24,000 nucleotides of DNA, taken from contig CAWDXZ010000007.1 in assembly GCA_963806455.1 (NCBI GenBank), forward strand, positions 151,367-175,366. The letters run 5' to 3'. Below, one piece after another: positions 16,856 to 24,000 of the stretch (within the stretch, counting starts at the first letter, position 1; every line of letters starts with the position of its first letter). The translations under genes and the position numbers were made by a program. The DNA comes from an uncultured Acidimicrobiales bacterium. Its GTDB lineage: Bacteria > Actinomycetota > Acidimicrobiia > Acidimicrobiales > RAAP-2. Under the pieces are notes generated by a model that worked only from the letters and a program-made list of their open reading frames with translations, had not been told where the DNA came from and ran no database searches.

Positions 16856-17460
16856 GCTGAGACTGTCGCGATCCCACTGCTAATGATTGGAAGGACACAG
16901 GATACGGACGCGATTGCTGCGATCGTTGCCTTGGCAGCAACCGTCAGGAAGGGCCATCTCCTCAAGTCAGACCTCTTACAGAGGTAGATGAAGAAGCGCT
17001 CTTGGAGCGGGACGATGTCGTTCCCGGTTAGGGTTTCTACTCTCTTCCAGTTCAAGAATATGAACCCGCCGAGCGACATCAAGCTGAGGACGAATGTACC
17101 GGTTAGGGCTACAAGCCGGAAAAGACCTGTCGGGTAGGGGAGGAGGAGCAGGTCGACAGTGACCAGACCCACGATGGTCACAGTCCCCTCGAGAATGACC
17201 CACTTGCAGAGGTCGGGACACTCCTTCAGTTGGTGAGTGAACCAGCTCATTGTGGCGCGCGACACCGTGCACAAAAGCATCATCACGGCGGAAGCGCAGG
17301 CGAGAGCGAAGAAGATGCTGTAGCCACCTGTGAGGTGGCTGCCTTGTAGGGATTTGTCTCTGAGAGCAAGCCAAGGTCCCAATGCGATGAGGACCGCGGC
17401 GACAACGAAGAAGAGAGGAATACCTTGTCGAATGCGACGAACTCGATAACCGATCTGCAC
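16852..17460 (-). CDS. multi-pass membrane protein (202 aa), possibly 5'-extended
   Basis: It has several long hydrophobic segments (IPLFFVVAAVLIALGPWLAL, YSIFFALACASAVMMLLC, TVTIVGLVTVDLLLL, FRLVALTGTFVLSLMSLGGFIFL). Upstream, another frame (to about 17700) encodes two more TM helices (ILIVAGGGVAGLLVA, AFALVMTFAAVWVVLLL). One frame shift near 17535 would join them through an acidic linker. Confidence 0.62.
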   Translation of the reverse strand: MQIGYRVRRIRQGIPLFFVVAAVLIALGPWLALRDKSLQGSHLTGGYSIFFALACASAVMMLLCTVSRATMSWFTHQLKECPDLCKWVILEGTVTIVGLVTVDLLLLPYPTGLFRLVALTGTFVLSLMSLGGFIFLNWKRVETLTGNDIVPLQERFFIYLCKRSDLRRWPFLTVAAKATIAAIASVSCVLPIISSGIATVSA

Positions 17461-17957
17461 TCGAACCGGGGCACCGAACGTGGGTTCTGCCTCGTCGGGG
17501 CCCTCCGACTCGCCATCGGGCGGGGATTTCGGTTCGACAGCAACAGCACTACCCAGACTGCGGCGAAGGTCATCACCAGAGCGAAGGCGCCTTGGCCGTA
17601 TTTACCCTGGGCAACGAGGAGGCCCGCCACACCCCCGCCCGCCACAATCAGGATCTGGCCGACAATCGGCCCTGGCGCCGGTCTGGACCGGCGTCGGTGG
17701 GAATGCGCAGGTCTGCGGTCACGCCCTCTCACCCAGGCCTCCCTCGGTCCACCGCTCCGGCTCGCGTGCGAGTTAGGTTGACCTGCGCCCCTCGTTAGCG
17801 TGTTGCGTGTATCTCCTCTGGCCGGCGGACGGTGGTTCTGTCAGACGCTAGGCCCATTACTCAGCGACCACAACTGGTTTGTCAGTATTGATCACTTATG
17901 CTGACTGTGAAATCATGAGCAATCCATGTGACCGAATGATCACGAAGGAGGTGCGCG

Positions 17958-18831
17958 GTGTCTCGAGGTGGTCGTGAAGCCAAGTTTCCGACGCTTTGGC
18001 AACTCGAGGCCCTCCGAGCTGCAGCTCAAGCAGACAACTGGCAAGATGCAATTGACGATCTAGGTGTTCAGACCAAGCACGAGATCATGCGAGCGGTTGA
18101 TCGATTGCAGCAGCATCTCGGCCTACGCCGTGGCCTTCTGATGGATCGAGAAAATCGGCCTCATGTGCCAGACGATCTCTATCAAGTCGTAGGTGCGGTC
18201 GAAGCCGCCTTAACGCAATGGAAAGCGGCGGGTGCGAGAGAGCCGAGGGCTTCGAGAACGCGTTGGACATTCGTCTCGACGGCTACTGGAGTCACATCGA
18301 GAATTTTGCAGCCCGATCTATCGTTGACTTCAAGCTGGCTGACAAGACAACCGAGAGCAAGGTGACGATCGAGTCGTCTCCTGGCTTTGGAGCCAAGCGC
18401 GCAACAGTGGCGGTACTGGGATGACGAAAGAGCTATTGACGGAGAGCCCTCGTGTGGAACGCGGACGATGGCCCCGACGACGATCGGGAGGACACGCGGC
18501 TGAAGAAGCTTGCCGCTTTATCGATGGGCGTTACTCGCAGTAATCCCACAAGGTCATCAACTGGAGAGAAAAGGTCAAGAACAGGGCTATTCGACCTCGA
18601 TGCACTTGAGCCGTTCGAGCTGGCAGCCTCGCCGTGAGGGCACCGATCACGGGACCGATCAGCAACCGACAGTCGCCTTCACAGTCATTCAATGTTCGAT
18701 TTGTCAGTGAAGAGCCGGCAGCGTTGCTGGCGCTTGCTGAGAGTGGGAAGGTCATACCGATCCTCGCTTCCGATACGAAGATGCCGGTCGGCCCCGGCTC
18801 GGTGATAAGCCAATGCGCATCGATCGAATAG
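17958..18831 (+). pseudogene. LysR-family transcriptional regulator, heavily frame-disrupted
   Basis: GTG 17958 lies 6 nt after GAAGGAGG. N-terminal LysR-type HTH (LWQLEALRAAAQADNWQDAIDDLGVQTKHEIMRAVDRLQQHLGLR). Substrate-binding-domain-like pieces follow, scattered over all three frames (LDIRLDGYW..., LFDLDALEPFELAA..., EEPAALLALAESGKVIPILAS). It is divergent from the membrane-protein operon. Confidence 0.55.
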
Positions 18832-18995
18832 CGTCGCTGCCTCGAAAATGGGTCTACAATCCGCAAGACACCAAGCGAGATACTGTGCGGTGCTTACCGC
18901 TTCGATCGGCGCGACAGTAGGACAGAGGACGGCGAAGAAACTGAGGAAGCATCAGTTATCCGCCAGTTTGGTGAACGGCTTCAACGCGATGCCGC

Positions 18996-20182
18996 TCACC
19001 TGAACTCGCTCGTCCAGCAATGGGACAATCTCCTACCCCAGAGGCAAAACGAGCTACGGCCGGAGTGCGACAACCTCAGCTGTGCATCGGAGCATCTCGC
19101 AGCTTGAGCGTCCCGCCAGGTGGCGTCGAGGCCGTCCCGCAGCCGCTCGTCGAGCGTGGGCAGCAGGTGCCCGTAGCGGTCGAAGGTGAGCTGGATGGTC
19201 GAGTGCCCGAGTCGCTCCTGGATCTCCTTGGGATGCGCGCCCTGGGCGATCAGCAGCGCCGCGCAGGTGTGGCGGAGGTCGTGGAACCGGAGTGCTGGCG
19301 GCAGTCCGGCCCGGTCCACCGCCGGCTTGTAGTGGCGAGGGTAGAAGCTGCGTCGGAGCGGTCCCCCGTTGAGCAGCGCGTGAAGACGTAGCCGTCCTCG
19401 GACGGGAATCGTGGCCAGGTGCTCGGCCAAGAGTCTCGGCCAGGAACCGGGGAATCGACACCGTACGGGACTTGCCCGTCTTGGTCGGCCCGGTTCGCAC
19501 CGTGCCGTTCACCTCGGTCAGCGCCTCGATGACGTCGATCGTGCCCCGGAGCAGGTCGAGCCGAGGAATCCGGAGCCCGGCCAGCTCGCCCCACCGCATG
19601 CCGGTGTAGGCGGCGGTGTAGATGAGCACCCGGTAGCGGTCGTCGATGGACTCGGCCAGGCGGCGGACCTCCTCCGGGGTGAGGAAGCACTGCTCGGTGT
19701 GGCTGGTCTGGCGGGGCAGGCGGATGCCCCGGCACGGCGTCCGGGGGATGACGCCGTCGGTCTCCGCCGTGGCGAAGATCCGGGAGAGCACCCGGTAGAT
19801 GCCCGCCACGGTTGACGGCGCCAGGCCCTTTTCGACCAGGTCGGCGACGAAGACCCGGACGTCGGCCGGTTCGATCCGCCCGATCTGCCAGGTCCCGAAC
19901 GCCGGGAGGATGTGGCATTCGAGATTCGAGTCGACATTGTTCAGGGTGCCCGGGCGAAGATGGGCGAGCGACGCTCGCCACCGGGCGGTGTAGCCGGAGA
20001 AGCGGACCTTGGCCAGGGAGGGGTCGGTCCAGGTGCCCTTGGGCCAGGTCGGTCTCGACCGTCCCGAGATAGGCCCGCGCCTCGGCCTTGGACGGGAACG
20101 TCCGGGTGCGCTGGCGCCCGGAGCGGTCCCGGTAGCGGGCCTGCCAACCGGTGCCCCGGGCGTCCTTCCTTACCGAGCCCAT
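18996..20182 (-). pseudogene. int: tyrosine recombinase (phage/ICE integrase); at least four frame breaks
   Basis: ATG 20182 follows GGAGGAG. The N-terminus reads MGSVRKDARGTGWQARYRD...DLAQG, then after a shift at about 20033 TWTDPSLAKVRFSGYTARW... It has a core-binding domain and a catalytic domain with MRWGELAGL, HDLRHTCAALL, LGHSTIQLTFDRYGHL (R..HxxR..Y). Further breaks lie at about 19437, 19409 and 19383. Confidence 0.85.
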
Positions 20183-20193
20183 GGAGGCTCCTC

Positions 20194-20465
20194 CTACGGA
20201 CCGGCCGGCGGACGGCGATGCCGAGCGAGCGGGTGGACCGGCGGGGCTCGACCCGGCAGGACTCGATGAAGGCGTCGAGATCGGCGGCCGAGAAGCGCAG
20301 GAGCCGGCCGACCTTGAAGTAGGGGACCCGGCGCTCGGTCACCAGGCGCCGCATGTAGCGCTCGGTGACGTTCAGGTAGCTGGCCGCTTCCGTGCAGGGT
20401 GAGCGGGCGTCCGTGCGTTGGCGCGGGCTCGTCCGCCGGCTGCCGGTGGCGTCGGTCTGCGGCAC
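20194..20465 (-). CDS. xis: excisionase / MerR-like HTH_17 DNA-binding protein; 3' end uncertain
   Basis: GTG 20465 lies 10 nt after GAGGAGG. The HTH reads TEAASYLNVTERYMRRLVTERRVPYFKVGRLLRFSAADLDAFIES. It lies directly upstream of int. The frame as given never stops before int. A stop (TAG, 20194-20196) is reached only after a one-base shift in the C-run near 20240. Confidence 0.6.
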
Positions 20466-20579
20466 TGCCTGGTCACCTCCTCGGGCGCTCGATCCCCGTC
20501 CGGGGTGCACACCACACCTCCACGTTCGGCCCGGATCAAGTCGACCCGGCGGACCGTCGGCCCCTTCCCTCGGATCCCT

Positions 20580-21426
20580 GGTCACGGGCGCCTTCCGCAG
20601 GACCAGCAGGTCCTCGTGGGCAATGGCCAGCAGCGGCGTGCCCGCCGCCCGGGCCTTGCGGACCTGGTCCAGCTGGAAGAACGAGACCCGCGGGACCAGC
20701 CTGTCGTCACGCAGCCCGGCGAGCAGGGCCACGTTGCGCTCGTAGGGGATGAGTCCGGCGGCCTCGCCCACAGGCGAGGACGGCGGCAGGCAGGTCGACG
20801 AGCTCCCCGCCCTGGCGCCAGGGGCGGGCGGTCACGACCACGAAGCCTCCCGGGCGGAGCAGTCGGGCACATCCCGGCAGGATCGTCGGTGAAGCCGCCG
20901 AGCAGGTTCTCGGTGCTCTGGTGGGCGAGGTTGCCCGGATCCCGGGAGTAACGATCATGGCTCTTCGCCAGGCCCTGCCCGGCTCGGACCCGGACCTGGC
21001 CGTGCAAGCGATGCCCCATAGGGGGGTGAGGTCACCACCAGCGCGACCAGACCCCGCACCGCGGGATCGACGATGGCCTCCAGCGAGCGGGCATCGCCGG
21101 TGACCACCTCGCCGTGGCCGGTCGCGCCCTGGTCTCGGGCCAGCTCGACATTGGCCCGAGCCAGGTCGGCCCAGGGCTCCTCGTACTCGACCCCGATGGC
21201 ATCACGGCCGAGGTGGACGGCTTCGACCAGCGTCGTCCCGATCCCGCACATGGGGTCGAGGACGAGATCGCCCGGCCTGGTGTAGGTGGCGATGGCCCGT
21301 TGGGCGATGGCCGGGAGCATCTTGGCCGGATGGGTGCCCGAGAGCTCCAGGTACCGACCCGATCGCTGGGCTCGTGCCGTGCGTTGGGCGACCGGCCAGA
21401 CGGACAGCGGTAGGTCAGTCGGCCAT
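20580..21426 (-). pseudogene. N4/N6 DNA methyltransferase (copy 1), several frame breaks
   Basis: The protein reads LPLSVWPVAQ...HPAKMLPAIAQRAIATYTRPGDLVLDPMCGIGTTLVEA...ALVVTSPPYG. After shifts it continues ...NLAHQSTENLLGGF / ILPGCARLLRPGGFVVVTARPW / GLIPYERNVALL...LLAIAHEDLLVLRK. Both ends are approximate. Confidence 0.68.
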
Positions 21427-22326
21427 GGGCGGCCTCCGACTCCGATGGGCTTCCGCAGGACGGACACGTCGTCGTGGACGACGAGGTGGGCGGGCTCGCC
21501 CGCGATCGCCGGCCTTGCGGATGGCGGTCCGCTGCCCGAACGACGGTCGGGCAACGAGCGAGCCGTCACCGGATGGCGGCATGGAGGGCGACGACGTGCT
21601 GGAGATAGGTGAAGCCGACCGGCCCGGGCGAGGGACACGGTGCGTGCCGGCGAGGTCGAACATCGCTCCCTGTCTCCGTCGGATTCTTGGTGACCACGAC
21701 GAGCAGCCCGCCGGGACGGAGCACCTCGAAGCAGGCGGCGTAGATCGTCCGCCATCGCCTCCGGCGGAGGCGTCGCCTCGGACGTCGCCGAGGTTGGCTC
21801 GCGACGGCGAGTGGTTGCCGGCGCGAGTCGGACGCGGGCTTCCGCCTTGGCTCCGCTGACGGTTGTCCAGGTTGCCGGCTCCGACCGGCACCGGGCGGCG
21901 AGGTGCAGACCAGATCGACGCTGCCCGCGACGTCAGCGAGCAGCTGCGGGAGCGCCCTGGCGTCGCCGGTCCGGACCCGGACAAGGTGACGCTGGTCCTC
22001 GGGCAGAACGTGGCGGAGGTTCTTCTTGGCGAGGCCCGACCCACTGGCCGCTCGGTCTCGATGCCGATGGCCCGCCGCCCGAGGGCGGCGGCCTCGACGA
22101 GGGTGGTGCCGATCCCGCACATGGGATCGACGACGAGGTCACCGGGCTTCGAGTACTCCTCGATGATGCGCCGGGCGAGCGCGGGGAGCATCGTGGCCGG
22201 GTGCTCGGCGCACTCGGCCAGGTACCGCCCGATCGCTGGCTCGTGGGCCGGGATCTGGCCGACCGGCCAGATGGCGAGCGGCACATTCGGTGCCGGGGGC
22301 TGGCGCTTGGAAGTTGTGGTGGTCAT
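21415..22326 (-). pseudogene. N4/N6 DNA methyltransferase (copy 2, paralogue of copy 1), several frame breaks
   Basis: The protein reads MTTTTSKRQPPAPNVPLAIWPVGQ...HPATMLPALARRIIEEYSKPGDLVVDPMCGIGTTLVEA. After shifts it continues ...VDLVCTSPP, IYAACFEVLRPGGLLVVVTKN, GFTYLQHVVALHAAIRDGSLVARPSFGQ and EPAHLVVHDDVSVLRKP. Its layout is colinear with copy 1. Confidence 0.68.
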
Positions 22327-22656
22327 GGGTGGCCCACGACCGGAGAAGCGTCACTAGAGAACGGGGCAATGCGGCCTGTTTTGTGACAAATGTCCAGAGA
22401 TCCGTGGTCGAGGAATCTCGGCCGGAGGCTCGATCATTTCCTCGAGATCGCCGGGCGGGACGACGGTAGGACTTCGGAGGCGAGTGAGTCCGTCCTCACC
22501 GTTCGTGCCGAGCTTCCGGAGTAGGGGAGAGGAGCCACGACGACCGACCCGGAGGAGAATTCTCCAGCGGATCACCGAGGTTCCGGGCCGATGACGAGAC
22601 GCCGACAGCAACGACCCGACTCGACCACCGAGTGGTGCTGAGCTGGACCTTTCCCA

Positions 22657-22757
22657 CTACCCCGCGAATACCCCACAACTACCCCGCGTTTGCTCCACGC
22701 CAGGGACAGCTCGGATGCGCTGCCTTCTGGGGGAGTTCTGGGGCATTCGCGGGGTAG
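22657..22757. repeat. three copies of CTACCCCGCG (two direct, one inverted) in the ICE intergenic region
   Basis: CTACCCCGCGAAT at 22657-22669, CTACCCCGCG at 22679-22688, and the exact reverse complement ATTCGCGGGGTAG at 22745-22757. They lie between the divergent MTase copy 2 and the sigma-like gene, so they are possible operator sites. Confidence 0.4.
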
Positions 22758-22800
22758 GGAGGGCGCTTCATGGCAGCTCCACCGCACAAAGGAGCAGCCC

Positions 22801-23578
22801 ATGACTCACCAGCGCCGCGCCGCTCGCCACTCGCCCTTCGACACCTTGGAGAGGACCTTCTGACTCCTCTGTTCGGGCCCCTCGCCGCTGGCCCTCGACG
22901 GGAGGGCGCTTCGACGGTCTTCCCGGACCGGCCCCTCCCGCTCGACGAGCTCAAGTCGGTCCTGCTCCATCCCTCGGCGTCCTTCGATCCTCCGGGACGC
23001 CGTCGTCGGCGAGCTGGTCGATCGGGCCCAGCACGAGGGGGACGTGGATGGTCGGCCTGGCCGGCGTGCTCCTCCCCGGGCTCCGCCGCCGTGCTGGCCG
23101 CTCGTCGCAGGCCTGCCCGGACAAGGCCGCCGACATCGAGTCCGAGATGCTGGCCTCCTTCGTGGCGGCGGTCGGTCGGGTCGCACCCGGGCGGCCCCGC
23201 CTGGCCGCCCACCTGACCTGGCTGGCTCACGGCGGGGCCAAGGAGCTGGTGCGAACCGAGATGGCCGAGCGGGCCAGGCCCGCCATCCGTCCCGTCTCGG
23301 CCGCCCCGCCGCGCCCGTGGGGCCATCCCGACCTGGTGCTGGCCGGAAGGCCGTCGAGCACGGGGTGCTCTGTGCCGAGGACGCCGAGCTGATCGGCGCC
23401 ACCCGGATCGGCGGACTTGTCGTTGGAGCGAGCTGGCCGCCGACGCTCGGGATCAGCTACGCCGCGGCCCGCAAGCGCCGGGTCCGGGCCGAGTCGGCCC
23501 TCGTCGAATGGATCACGAGCGACGACTATCCCATCGTCGACTTTGTCCCAAAAGAGGCCAAACCACCCCGTTCTCTAG
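22801..23578 (+). pseudogene. sigma-factor-like / HTH regulatory protein of the ICE, many frame breaks
   Basis: ATG 22801 lies 6 nt after AAAGGAG. Readable pieces occur in all three frames: ILRDAVVGELVDRAQHEGD; WMVGLAGVLLPGLRRRAG...ADIESEMLASFVAAVGRVAPGRPRLAAHLTWLAHGGAKELVRTEMAERAR; KAVEHGVLCAEDAELIGATRIGGL...GISYAAARKRRVRAESALVEWI (a region-4-like HTH). The end is uncertain. Confidence 0.5.
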
Positions 23579-23661
23579 GTGGGGATCGTCCCCGGCGGGG
23601 CCGGCCACGGGAGCGGCGACCGGAGCAGCGTCGCCTCGGACCCTTCGACCAGGAGGTGAGA

Positions 23662-24000
23662 GTGCCCAGCCCGCACCCGACCGGCTCCGCCGGGACGATT
23701 CCCACGAACTCGACCGACCGACCGACCCGTCGAAACCGGTCCCACCGACCCAAGGAGGCCGCCACGTCACATCTCACTCCCATCGTTCGCCGATCGCTCC
23801 GACGCGGCTGCCGATCATCGCCCTGGTGGCGGTCGCCCTCGCCGTGGTGCTCGCACCGCCGGCCGTCGCCGCCACCGGCGCGCCGACGCTGACCGGGGTC
23901 ATCGACAACCTGCGCAACTGGCTCGTGGGCATCCTCGCCACCGTGGCCACGCTGTTCCTCACCATCGGTGGGCTGCGGTACCTGACGGCGGGCGGTGATC
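23662..24000 (+). CDS. TrbC/VirB2-like conjugative pilin-type membrane protein (partial, runs off the window; one frame break)
   Basis: GTG 23662 lies 5 nt after AGGAGG. After a shift near 23795-23808 the frame reads RLPIIALVAVALAVVLAPPAVAATGAPTLTGVIDNLRNWLVGILATVATLFLTIGGLRYLTAGGD. That is a signal/TM segment followed by a second hydrophobic helix, as in VirB2/TrbC family proteins of actinobacterial T4SS-type ICEs. Confidence 0.5.

Larger units (their letters stand above)
18996..24000. mobile_element. left end of an integrative conjugative element (int-xis-MTase-MTase-regulator-VirB2-like), continuing beyond the window
   Basis: The gene content and order are typical of actinobacterial ICEs. 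The integrase lies at the left edge, reading outward. No att repeat was identified by eye. All genes carry frame breaks. Confidence 0.6.

Noticed and set aside
22354-23578. Perfect 13-bp inverted repeat CTAGAGAACGGGG (22354-22366) / CCCCGTTCTCTAG (23566-23578) bracketing the sigma-like gene
   Set aside because: At this window size and GC content, a few 13-mer matches at kilobase distances are expected by chance on my rough estimate. The match does not extend and there is no transposase between the arms. I noted it but do not call it a mobile-element boundary.
1-24000. Search for CRISPR arrays, rRNA, IS transposases and long tandem repeats
   Set aside because: I saw no regularly spaced short direct repeats, no rRNA-like sequence and no DDE or serine transposase-like translation in any frame. 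The only repeat family noted is the CTACCCCGCG triplet at 22657-22757.

Overview
This is high-GC, actinobacterial-type DNA. The left 2.3 kb is housekeeping: dUTPase, a WS/DGAT acyltransferase and tRNA-Gly(GCC). Everything right of the tRNA, about 21.7 kb to the window end, looks accessory. It is arranged as stacked modules separated by visibly AT-richer spacers (judged by eye, not computed).

(1) 2682-7654, + strand: a tightly packed seven-gene array. It starts with a Bil-type ubiquitin-like conjugation set (Ubl ending in Gly, E2-like, JAB, E1-like). An ECF-like sigma factor, an XRE HTH protein and an ImmA/IrrE metallopeptidase with a Cys-rich tail follow.

(2) 8420-13003, - strand: a frame-perfect four-gene cassette with 4-nt start/stop overlaps. 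It encodes a 256-aa protein, a Cas4-like Fe-S PD-(D/E)XK nuclease, a 470-aa protein with no motif I recognise, and an SF1 helicase. I cannot assign it to a named system. It is my best candidate for an undescribed defence system.

(3) 13184-15741: a type II R-M-like trio of C5-MTase, Vsr and a PD-x13-EAK endonuclease.

(4) 15742-18950: an AT-richer insert with a coupled membrane-protein/283-aa pair and a decayed LysR gene.

(5) 18996-24000: the left end of an integrative conjugative element. It carries a tyrosine integrase, an excisionase, two tandem N4/N6 MTases, a sigma-like HTH gene and a VirB2/TrbC-like gene.

A major caveat applies. Many genes are interrupted by single-nucleotide frame breaks (JAB, E1, sigma, XRE, ImmA, C5-MTase, LysR, integrase, both MTases, the ICE regulator), while other blocks are perfect. 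Some breaks are clustered and self-compensating, which points to sequence error at least as much as to real decay. I saw no CRISPR array, rRNA or IS transposase. I found no att repeat of the tRNA 3' end by eye.
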